From contig CAVRGT010000001.1 of NCBI GenBank assembly GCA_963720805.1, positions 170,187-234,186 of the forward strand: a DNA stretch of 64,000 nucleotides, read 5' to 3'. The notes under the pieces are model-generated. The model searched no databases. It saw only the letters and a program-made list of their open reading frames with translations, and had not been told where the DNA came from. Below, in pieces: positions 16,775 through 28,104 of this stretch (position 1 is the first letter of the stretch; every line of letters starts with the position of its first letter). The stretch comes from an uncultured Solirubrobacterales bacterium. GTDB lineage: Bacteria > Actinomycetota > Thermoleophilia > Solirubrobacterales > 70-9. The position numbers were made by a program, and so were the translations under genes.

Positions 16775-17727
16775 GGCACCTGCTCTCGATCGAGCAGCTC
16801 TCCAAAGCCGAGATCGAGGCGATCCTCGACCGCGCCGAGAGCTTCGCCGAGGTCGGCCGCCGCGACATCAAGAAGGTGCCGACCCTGCGCGGCCGCACCG
16901 TCGTCACCCTCTTCTACGAGGCCAGCACCCGCACCAGCTCCTCCTTCGAGCTGGCCGCCAAGCGCCTCTCCGCCGACCTCGTCTCGGTCAAGGCGGCCGG
17001 CTCTTCGGTCGACAAGGGCGAGTCGCTGAAGGACACGGTCGCCACCCTCTCCGCCTATGACCCGGCGGCGATCGTGCTGCGCCATCCCTACGCCGGCGCC
17101 GCCCAACTGGTCGCCGGCTGGGCCGACGCTGCGGTGATCAACGCCGGCGACGGCAAGCACGAGCACCCGAGCCAGGCACTGCTCGACGTCTACACCCTGC
17201 GCCGCCGCCTCGGCTCGCTCGAGGGCAAGCGGATCTGGATCGTCGGCGACGTCCTGCACAGCCGCGTTGCCCGCTCCAACCTGATCGCCTTCAAGGCGAT
17301 GGGCGCCGAGCTCACCGTCTGCGGCCCGCCCGCCCTGATTCCACGCGGCCTAGAGCAGCTCGGCTGCGCGGTCGAGCACTCGCTGGAGCGGCTCGGCGAG
17401 GCCGACGTGGTCTACGCGCTGCGGCTGCAGCGCGAGCGGATGAACGAGAGCTTCGTGCCCTCGATCCGCGAGTACGCGGCTCACTTCCAGATCGACTCCC
17501 GCCGCCTCGGCCCGCGGCAGCTGCTGATGCACCCGGGCCCGGTCAACCGCGGGGTCGAGCTCTCCGGCGAGGTGATCGACTCGCCGCAATCGCTGATCGC
17601 CGAACAGGTCGCCTCCGGCCTGGTCGTGCGGATGGCGATCCTCTACGAGCTGCTTGCCGCGGGCGATCAGGAGCCCGCGCCGGCCGCCGGCAACGGTCAC
17701 GCGACCCCGATCGGACAACCGGCGTGA
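16771..17727 (+). CDS. pyrB: Aspartate carbamoyltransferase catalytic subunit
   Basis: STRTSSSFE carbamoyl-phosphate motif and HEHPSQALLD. Overlaps pyrR (GTGA). Confidence 0.95.
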   Translation: MRHLLSIEQLSKAEIEAILDRAESFAEVGRRDIKKVPTLRGRTVVTLFYEASTRTSSSFELAAKRLSADLVSVKAAGSSVDKGESLKDTVATLSAYDPAAIVLRHPYAGAAQLVAGWADAAVINAGDGKHEHPSQALLDVYTLRRRLGSLEGKRIWIVGDVLHSRVARSNLIAFKAMGAELTVCGPPALIPRGLEQLGCAVEHSLERLGEADVVYALRLQRERMNESFVPSIREYAAHFQIDSRRLGPRQLLMHPGPVNRGVELSGEVIDSPQSLIAEQVASGLVVRMAILYELLAAGDQEPAPAAGNGHATPIGQPA

Positions 17728-19070
17728 GCGAGATGCGGCTGCAGATGCGCGCTGGGGAGCGCGCGAGCATCGTCCTGCGCGGCGCCACCGTTCTTGACCC
17801 AGTGGCCGGGATCGACGCGGAGCACGACATCGTCGTCCGCGACGGCGTGATCGCCGAGCTGGCGGCACCCGGCGAGGCCACGGCCGACGGGATCGAGGAG
17901 ATCGATGCCGGCGCCCTGCACGCCTTTCCGGCCTTCTTCGACCCCCACGTCCACCTGCGCACGCCCGGCCAGGAGCACAAGGAGGACATCGAGACCGGCG
18001 CCCGCTCCGCCGCCGCCGGCGGCTACAGCGGCATCCTCGCGATGGCCAATACCGAGCCGCCCGTCTCGACTCCCGCCGACGTCGAGGCGCTGCTCGCCGA
18101 CGCCGGCGTTGCCGCCGCGGTCAAGGTCGGTTTCCTCGCCACCGTGACGCGGGGTATGGAGGGGGAGGAGCTGACCGAGATGGCCTCGCTGCGCGATGTC
18201 GGCGCCGCCGGCTTCAGCGACGACGGCCTGCCGATTCGCAGCGCCCGGATGCTGCGTCGGGCCCTCCAGTACCAGCGCCTCTGCGGCGGCACTATCGCCC
18301 TTCACGAGGAGGACCCGGAGCTCTCCGGAGCGGGCGTGATGCACGAGGGCCCGGTCTCCGCCGTGCTCGGCCTCGAGGGCATCCCCTCGGTCTCGGAGTC
18401 GACGATGATCGCACGCGACGCCGCCCTGGCCGGCTACGAGGGCGGCCGCATCCACGTCCAGCACCTCTCGGCGGCCGAGTCGGTCGAGGCGGTGCGCGCG
18501 GCAAAGGCCGCCGGAGTCCAGATCAGCTGCGAGGCCTCGCCGCACCACCTCTGCCTCACCGACGAGGAGGTGCGCAGCCTCGACCCGCAGCGCTTCAAGA
18601 TGAACCCGCCGCTGCGCAGCGAGGCCGACCGCCAGGCCCTGATCGAGGGGCTGCGCGACGGCACGATCGAGTGCATCGCCACCGACCACGCTCCCCACGC
18701 GGCCGAGGAAAAGGAAGTCCCCTTCGAGCAGGCGGCGATGGGCGTGACCGGCCTGGAGACCGCGTTCGCCGCCCTCTACACCGAGCTCGTCCTGCCGGGC
18801 ACGATCGAGCTCGGCCTGCTGATCGAGCGCCTCGCCGGCGGTGCCGAACCCTTCGAGGTAGAGCGCCCCTCGCTGGCCCCGGGCAGCGAGGCCAACATCG
18901 CCATCTGCGACCTCTCGGCCCGCTGGACGGTCGGCGAGGACGGCTACGAGAGCCGCTCCTCCAACTCCTGGTGCGCCGGCAAAGAGCTGACCGGCCGCGT
19001 CCAAATGACCCTGGCCGCCGGTCAAATCGCCTACCGCCTCCGCTCCTTCTCAATGGGAGTCGCAGCATGA
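17724..19070 (+). CDS. pyrC: Dihydroorotase
   Basis: DPHVHLRTPG metal motif and DHAPH. GTG start overlapping the pyrB stop. Confidence 0.93.
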   Translation: MSEMRLQMRAGERASIVLRGATVLDPVAGIDAEHDIVVRDGVIAELAAPGEATADGIEEIDAGALHAFPAFFDPHVHLRTPGQEHKEDIETGARSAAAGGYSGILAMANTEPPVSTPADVEALLADAGVAAAVKVGFLATVTRGMEGEELTEMASLRDVGAAGFSDDGLPIRSARMLRRALQYQRLCGGTIALHEEDPELSGAGVMHEGPVSAVLGLEGIPSVSESTMIARDAALAGYEGGRIHVQHLSAAESVEAVRAAKAAGVQISCEASPHHLCLTDEEVRSLDPQRFKMNPPLRSEADRQALIEGLRDGTIECIATDHAPHAAEEKEVPFEQAAMGVTGLETAFAALYTELVLPGTIELGLLIERLAGGAEPFEVERPSLAPGSEANIAICDLSARWTVGEDGYESRSSNSWCAGKELTGRVQMTLAAGQIAYRLRSFSMGVAA

Positions 19071-19074
19071 CGAC

Positions 19075-19120
19075 CCTTCCGGTGCGCTTTATGCACCCCC
19101 CAGGTTCAAAAGGCGCACCG
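19075..19120. repeat. Hairpin repeat (CCTTTTG..TGCATAAAG family) between pyrC and carA
   Basis: CCTTCCGGTGCGCTTTATGCAC (19075-19096) is identical to the reverse complement of 34211-34232. The arms CGGTGCGC(-)TTT and AAAGGCGCACCG are complementary with one bulge. Confidence 0.75.
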
Positions 19121-19122
19121 CA

Positions 19123-20233
19123 ATGAACGAGGGATACCTGCTGCTCGCGGACGGGGCTCGGTTCGACGGGATTCCCTGTGGCGCCGAGGGGCCCGTGACC
19201 GGCGAGGTCGTCTTCAACACGGCTATGACCGGCTACCAGGAGTCGGTCACCGATCCCTCTTATGCCGGGCAGATCATCGTCTTCACCTACCCGCTGATCG
19301 GCAACTACGGCGTCTCGGCGGCGGCGATGGAGTCCGACCGCGCCCATGCCCGCGGCGTGGTCATGCGCGATCCAAAGAACGGTGAGGACGTCGCCACCGC
19401 CGAGGGCGGCTGGCTCGACTGGCTCGCCGACTGCGGCGTGCCGGCGATTGGCGGCGTCGACACCCGCGCCGTCGTCCGTCACATCCGCGACCGCGGCGCG
19501 ATGCGCGGCGGCATCTTCCCCGCCGGCACGCCCGAACCCGAAGCACGTGAGCGCGTCGCCGCCGAGCCCTCGATGGACGGCGCCGACCTCGCCCGCACTG
19601 TCACTCCCGCCGAGCCGGTCCGCTTCGAGGGGGAGGGCGGCCCGCACGTGGTCGGCATCGACACCGGGATCAAGCTCAACATCGTGCGCCAGCTGCGCGA
19701 GCGCGGCTGTCGGCTGACGCTGCTGCCCTGCACCTCCACGCCGCAGGAGGTTCTCGCCGAAGAGCCCGACGTCGTCTTCCTCGCCAACGGCCCCGGCGAC
19801 CCGGCGGCGCTCGGCTACGTAGTCGACACCGTGCGCGAGCTGGTCGGCCAGAAGCCCCTCTTCGGCATCTGCCTCGGCCACCAGCTGCTCTGCCGCGCCG
19901 TCGGCCTCGAGACCTTCAAGCTCCCCTTCGGCCACCGCGGCACCAACCACCCGGTCAAGGAGCTGGCCACGGGGCGGATCGACATCACCTCGCAGAACCA
20001 CGGCTTCGCCGTCCAGGGCCCCGGCGGCGAGCCGCGGATCGAGGCCGACGAGCCGGTGCGCTGGGAAACCGACTTCGGCGCCGCCGAGCTCTCCCACCTC
20101 AACCTCTACGACCGCACGGTCGAGGGGCTGGTGCTGAAGGAGGTCGGCGCGGCGACGGTCCAGTACCACCCCGAGGCCGGCCCCGGACCGCATGACGCCC
20201 GTCACCTATTCGATTCCTTCCTGGAGCTGACCA

Positions 20234-20241
<8 letters not shown>
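19123..20241 (+). CDS. carA: Carbamoyl-phosphate synthase small (glutaminase) subunit
   Basis: GICLGHQLL catalytic Cys motif and a full-length CarA-like sequence. Confidence 0.95.
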
Positions 20242-23389
<3,148 letters not shown>

Positions 23390-23393
<4 letters not shown>

Positions 23394-25243
23394 CCGCCCC
23401 CTTCGGGCGGCGGCTCTGTGCGGTTTCCGAGAGCCGTGCGACGGGCGGCTACAGGCTCTTTTCCCTGATCGACACCGAGGGTCCCGAGCCCCGGCCGGGC
23501 CAGTTCTACATGCTCGCCACCGAGAACCACTGGGAGCAGAGCGGGCAGCGCCCCTACCTCCCGCGAGCGCTCTCAGTCGCCGAGACCGGACCGGCGGCGG
23601 GCGGCGTCCGCCTCGACTTCCTGATCGAGGGCATCGGCCCCGGCACCGACCGCCTCTGCGAGCTCGAGCCCGGCGAGAACGTCTGGGTCAACGGCCCCCT
23701 GGGCAACTCGTTCTCAACCCCCCGCGAACTGCATCAACTTCTCCACCCGCTAGATGGAGAAGTTGATGCAGTTCGGCCGAGCGGGGCGGTCTTGGTGGGG
23801 GGTGGGATCGGGATCGCGCCGTTGGCGCTGCTGAGGCGCCGCTTCGCCGCGAAGAACATTCCGACCCGGGTCCTGCTGGGCTTTCGCGACGCAGCTCACT
23901 CTGGCGGCCTCGATGAGCTCTTCTCGTGTTGCGAGGTTCGTCTGGCCAGCGACGACGGCCACTCCGGTCACCACGGCTACGTCACCGACCTGCTCGCCGC
24001 GATACTCGCGGGCGACGACGCATCCAGCGCCGCCGTTTATTCCTGTGGCCCGCCGCAGATGCTCGACGTGGTCGCCGCCACCTGCACCGCGGCCGATGTC
24101 CCCTGTGAGCTCGCCATGGAGTCCCCAATGGCCTGTGGCTACGGCGCCTGCTTCGGCTGTGCAATCCCCAAGCCCGGGGGCGGCTTCATTCGGTTGTGTG
24201 TTGATGGGCCCGTGTTGCGTGGGGGGCCGGCGGGTCCTGTCGCCGCAGGGGACCCCCCACCGCCTGCGGTAGCTAAAGCTTCCTCGGCGGCGGGTCCCCC
24301 TACGGCGCCACCCCCCGGCAGCCACGGATCAGCGGGCCCGTCGACTCCGATCGAGTTTTGCGGGATTGAGTTGGCGCACCCGGTGGTCAACGCGTCCGGG
24401 ACGTTTGACGCGATAGCGGGCCGGCGCGTGTACGGCGACGCCCTGCTGACCGACTTTCCCTTCTCGGCCTTTGTCTCCAAGACGATCACGCCCGAGTCAC
24501 GCACAGGTAACGAGCCGCAGCGGATCTGGGAGACGCCGGCGGGAATGATCAACTCGATCGGGCTGCCGAACAAGGGGCTCGAGGGGTTCCTGGCCGAGGA
24601 CCTGTCACAGCTGGCGGAGCTACCAGTGCCTCTGATCGTCTCCGTCATGGCGACCGCCCACGAGGAGTTCGCGCGACTGGTCAAAGGTGTGGGGGAGAGG
24701 GACGAGGTGACGGCGATCGAGCTCAATGTCTCCTGTCCCAACGTGCACTCAGGACTGATCGTCGGCGAGCAGCCGAGCGAGACCGAGGCCCTGCTCGAAG
24801 CGTTGCGGCCGTTGACCGAGAAGCCGTTGATCGTGAAGCTGACGCCGAACGTGGCGAACCCGGTTGATGTTGCAGTTGCGGCTGAGCAGGGTGGGGCTGA
24901 CGCGGTTTCGCTGATCAACACGCTCAAGGCGAGCGCAATCGATCCAGCAACGGGCCAACCGGGCATCGCGGCCGGGCACGGTGGACTCTCCGGCCCCGCG
25001 GTGCGGCCGGTGGCCGTCGCCCAGGTGCGCGCGGTTGCCGCCGCGGTGAGCATCCCGATCGTCGGTATGGGCGGAATTTCGAGCGGGGCCGATGCGGTCG
25101 AAATGCTCTCCGCCGGGGCAACTCTCGTCGCCGTCGGGACTGAGAACTTCCGCGACCCGCGGGCGGGCAGCCGAGTAGCGGGCGAGATTGCCGGAGCGCT
25201 CCAAGCCGGTCGAAGCAGGGCTCCAATCACCCCCACCGCCTAA
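23390..25243 (+). CDS. pyrD: Dihydroorotate dehydrogenase B: PyrK-like electron-transfer subunit fused in one ORF to the PyrD catalytic subunit
   Basis: Residues 1-~280 have the FAD/NAD-binding fold plus a 2Fe-2S Cys cluster (MACGYGACFGCA...CVDGPV). From ...IEFCGIELAHPVVNASGTF onward the sequence is a class-1 DHODH (GLPNKG, NVSCPN, GLSGPA). The ~35-aa Pro/Ala linker is encoded by a repeat element. Confidence 0.88.
23725..23775. repeat. Perfect 21+9+21 nt palindrome inside the pyrK part (51 nt = 17 codons)
   Basis: CGAACTGCATCAACTTCTCCA-CCCGCTAGA-TGGAGAAGTTGATGCAGTTCG, translated in frame as (R)ELHQLLHPLDGEVDAV(R). Confidence 0.85.
24230..24311 (+). repeat. ~82-bp palindromic repeat, copy 3 (inside the ORF at the pyrK-pyrD junction)
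   Basis: GCGGGTCCTGTCGCCGCAGGGGACCCCCCACCGCCTGCGGTAGCTAAAGCTTCCTCGGCGGCGGGTCCCCCTACGGCGCCAC. It is homologous to 44221-44300 and to the reverse complement of 27871-27952. Confidence 0.85.
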
Positions 25244-25293
25244 ACCTCAACTGGAGGTTCAGGTGAATTTCAGCGTTTTTGGCCCGCATGGCC

Positions 25294-25321
25294 TTGCACG
25301 CCCCCAACCCGCGGCTATACT
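25294..25321 (+). promoter_or_regulatory. Candidate sigma-70-type promoter for mihF (near-leaderless transcript)
   Basis: TTGCAC (25294-25299), a 16-nt spacer, then TATACT (25316-25321). The ATG at 25332 lies only ~10 nt after the -10 element and has no SD. Confidence 0.45.
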
Positions 25322-25331
25322 CGCCGCCCAC

Positions 25332-25664
25332 ATGCCTGTCCCAGTCAAGACTTCCGCCGCCGCCCCCGAGCGCTCGCTGGACCAACGGATGGACGCTCTC
25401 AAACGAGCCAACGACATCCGCACCGCGCGCGCGAAACTGAAGAAGGACCTCAAAGCGGGCAAGGCGAACATCCACGCGCTGCTGCTCGACCCGCCGGAGT
25501 ACGTGCTCACCGCCAAGGTCTTCGACATGCTCTTGGCGGTGCCGAAGTACGGCCGGGTGAAGACGAATCGGATCCTCAACCAGTGCCGGATCTCGCCGTC
25601 AAAGACAATCGGCGGCCTCTCAGAGCGCCAGCGCGCAGAGCTTGTAAGTCAGCTGCGCCGTTAG
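25332..25664 (+). CDS. mihF: Actinobacterial integration host factor (mIHF)
   Basis: RMDALKRANDIRTARAKLKKDLKAGK...VFDMLLAVPKYGRVKTNRILNQCRISPSKTIGGLSERQRAEL is typical of MihF, and it occupies the conserved position upstream of gmk-rpoZ. Confidence 0.88.
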   Translation: MPVPVKTSAAAPERSLDQRMDALKRANDIRTARAKLKKDLKAGKANIHALLLDPPEYVLTAKVFDMLLAVPKYGRVKTNRILNQCRISPSKTIGGLSERQRAELVSQLRR

Positions 25665-25681
25665 CGCGGCCGCTGCAAACC

Positions 25682-25753
25682 GGCGCATATCGCCGTCCTC
25701 GGTCGCTCGCGTGCAGAGCACGCCACGCTCCCTGCGTCCGGTCGATCTGCTTG
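25682..25753 (+). repeat. ~70-nt repeated 5' element, copy a (upstream of gmk)
   Basis: GGCGCATATCGCCGTCCTCGGTCGCTCGCGTGCAGAGCACGCCACGCTCCCTGCGTCC..CTGCTTG aligns with 54337-54405, with few mismatches in a ~58-nt core. Confidence 0.75.
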
Positions 25754-25770
25754 GTTTTCGCGGCCGATCC

Positions 25771-26364
25771 ATGTCCAAGGTCTTTGTAATCACAGGTCCA
25801 TCTGGCGTCGGAAAGGGGACGCTGATCTCGACATTGCTCGAGCGCGTGCCTGATCTCGAGTTGTCGATTTCCGCAACCACGCGCGAGCCTCGCAAGGGCG
25901 AGGTCAACGGGCGCGACTACCACTTCCTGACGGCGGAGGAATTCGACCAGCGGGTCAAGGCCGAAGACTTCATCGAGTTCGCCACCTACAGCGGCCACCG
26001 CTACGGCACCCTGCGCTCCGAGGTGCGGCGGCGCCTCGACCAGGGCCACTCGGTCGTGCTCGAGATCGAGGTCCAGGGCGCCCGCCAGGTTCGCGCGGCG
26101 ATGCGCGAGTCGGTGCAGGTCTTCATCGCCCCGCCCGACCCGGCCTCGTTGCGGCGCCGGCTCGAGTCGCGCGCCACCGACAGCCTCGAGGCGATCGATG
26201 CCCGGCTCGAGGTCGCCGAGCAGGAGCTGGCCGCCCAGGGCGAGTTCGCCCACACCCTCGTCAACGACGATCTCGACCGCGCCGCCGACGAGCTGGAGGC
26301 AATCGTGCGCACCGAGGTCGGGATACCTCTAGACTCCGGAGCAGATGATCAAACCACGCGTTGA
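25771..26364 (+). CDS. gmk: Guanylate kinase
   Basis: P-loop GPSGVGKGT and the TTREPRKGEVNGRDYHF motif. Confidence 0.93.
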   Translation: MSKVFVITGPSGVGKGTLISTLLERVPDLELSISATTREPRKGEVNGRDYHFLTAEEFDQRVKAEDFIEFATYSGHRYGTLRSEVRRRLDQGHSVVLEIEVQGARQVRAAMRESVQVFIAPPDPASLRRRLESRATDSLEAIDARLEVAEQELAAQGEFAHTLVNDDLDRAADELEAIVRTEVGIPLDSGADDQTTR

Positions 26365-26578
26365 CAAGCTTCTCGACCACACTGACTCCCACTACGCGGC
26401 CGTAGTTGTCGCCGCCAAGCGGGCCCGTCAGATCAACAGCTACTACCACAGCCTCGGCGAGGGCAGCTTCGGCGAGTACCCGCCGCCGATGGTCGATATT
26501 CCCGGCGACAGGAACTACCTCTCGGTTGCGCTCGAAGAGGTCGCCGCGGGCAAGCTCAAATACGAGTACCGCTCCTAA
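26345..26578 (+). CDS. rpoZ: DNA-directed RNA polymerase subunit omega
   Basis: 77 aa with VDKLL...YAAVVVAAKRARQI, in the conserved position after gmk. Confidence 0.9.
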   Translation: MIKPRVDKLLDHTDSHYAAVVVAAKRARQINSYYHSLGEGSFGEYPPPMVDIPGDRNYLSVALEEVAAGKLKYEYRS

Positions 26579-26613
26579 GCGCGCTCCGGCGCGGCCGGAC
26601 TTAAGGAACAGCC

Positions 26614-27861
26614 ATGGCCAGAATCCTGCTCGGCGTAAGCGGAGGGATTGCCGCCTACAAGGCGCTCGAACTGGCGCGCCTGGCGACAACCGCCGGCCAC
26701 GGCGTTCGCGTGTTGATGACCGAGGGGGCGACGCGATTCGTCGGCGCCGCCTCCTTCGAGGGCATCGTCGGCGCCCCGGTCCTGCTCTCCGAGTTCGAGC
26801 GCGACCCGATGCGCGGCGCCTTTCCTGGCGACCCCGCTCCCTCGCATGACCCGATCGGCCACCTCGAGTTGGCCGCCGGCTGCGACGCCTACCTCCTCTC
26901 CCCGGCCTCGGCCAACACAGTCGCCAAGCTCGCCAGTGGCGCCGCCGATTCGATGGTGACCACCTCCTTTCTCGCCTGCACGGCGCCGCGGCTGGTTGCG
27001 CCGGCGATGAACGACCGCATGTACGCCGACGCCGCCACTCAGGCCAACCTGGCGACCCTGGCCGAGCGCGGCGTGGTCGTGATCGACCCCGAGGAGGGAG
27101 CCCTCGCCTCGCGCGGCGAGCACGGCAAGGGCCGCCTGCCCGACCCGGCGAGCCTGCTGGCTCGCGTCGAAGCGGAGCTGCCCACGGGCGAGCGCCCCTG
27201 GGACGGCCTCCGCGTCCTCGTCACCGCGGGCGGTACCCGCGAGCCAATCGACTCCGTCCGCTTCCTCGGCAACCGCTCCAGCGGCCGCATGGGCATCGCC
27301 CTCGCCGCCGCCGCCGTCCGCCGCGGCGCAGACGTCACCCTGATCGCCGCCAACGTCAACCTCGCGGAGCCCCCAGGCGTTCACCGCATAGACGTCGAGA
27401 CGACCGCAGAGCTTGCCAGGGCGACGCGTGACCAGTTCGCCACGACGCATGTTCTGCTGATGGCCGCCGCCCCTGCTGATTTTCGTGCAGCTGAGTCTTC
27501 GCCCGGCAAGATCGAGCGCACGGCCGAGGGGATCGAAGTTCCTCTGGAACCCACAGAGGACATTCTCGCCAGCCTCAAGGCGTCCCGCGCCGACGACCAA
27601 ACCATCGTCGCCTTCGCCGCCGAAGCCGGCGACAACGTCGACCGTGCCCGCGAGAAGCTCCAACTCAAGGGCGCCGACCTGATCGTCCTAAACGACATCT
27701 CGAACCCCGCAATCGGCTTCGAGAGCCAAGAAAACGCCGTAACCCTGATCGACTCAACGAGCGCCGACCCCGTCCCACAAGCTCCGAAGGACGTCGTGGC
27801 CGACGCGATCCTTGCGAGAGTCGACCAGCTTCGAGCCCGGACAGCTCAACCGAAGACGTAG
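26614..27861 (+). CDS. coaBC: Bifunctional phosphopantothenoylcysteine decarboxylase / phosphopantothenate-cysteine ligase
   Basis: N-terminal flavoprotein motif GVSGGIAAYKA, PAMN and the C-terminal CoaB domain (ITAGGTREPIDSVRFLGNRSSG). Confidence 0.93.
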   Translation: MARILLGVSGGIAAYKALELARLATTAGHGVRVLMTEGATRFVGAASFEGIVGAPVLLSEFERDPMRGAFPGDPAPSHDPIGHLELAAGCDAYLLSPASANTVAKLASGAADSMVTTSFLACTAPRLVAPAMNDRMYADAATQANLATLAERGVVVIDPEEGALASRGEHGKGRLPDPASLLARVEAELPTGERPWDGLRVLVTAGGTREPIDSVRFLGNRSSGRMGIALAAAAVRRGADVTLIAANVNLAEPPGVHRIDVETTAELARATRDQFATTHVLLMAAAPADFRAAESSPGKIERTAEGIEVPLEPTEDILASLKASRADDQTIVAFAAEAGDNVDRAREKLQLKGADLIVLNDISNPAIGFESQENAVTLIDSTSADPVPQAPKDVVADAILARVDQLRARTAQPKT

Positions 27862-27870
27862 CTCCAGCGG

Positions 27871-27952
27871 GTGGCGCCGTAGGGGGACCCGCCCCCTGAG
27901 GAAGCTTTAGCTACCGGAAGGGGGTGGGGGTTCCTGCGGCGACAGGACCCGC
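27871..27952 (-). repeat. ~82-bp palindromic repeat, copy 1 (intergenic, after coaBC; opposite orientation)
   Basis: Its reverse complement is GCGGGTCCTGTCGCCGCAGGAACCCCCACCCCCTTCCGGTAGCTAAAGCTTCCTCAGGGGGCGGGTCCCCCTACGGCGCCAC. Its terminal 19 nt (27939-27957) are duplicated exactly at 27991-28009. Confidence 0.85.
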
Positions 27953-28066
27953 TGGCCCTACGGCTCTCGAGCACATGGGGGAGGGCCATCGCGACAGGAC
28001 CCGCTGGCCAGCCACCTCCGCCGAGCTATACTGCCCCCAAGCTTTTAGTGAGTCCCGATGTACCCG

Positions 28067-28090
28067 AAGTGGGCCTGGCCCACTTTTTTT
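28067..28090 (+). terminator. Intrinsic terminator/attenuator in the leader of the rimP-nusA-infB operon
   Basis: AAGTGGG-CCTGG-CCCACTT followed by a T-tract running through 28090. It lies ~35 nt after a TATACT box (28027-28032) and 15 nt before the rimP ATG. Confidence 0.65.
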
Positions 28091-28104
28091 GCGCCTCAAC
28101 GCCA

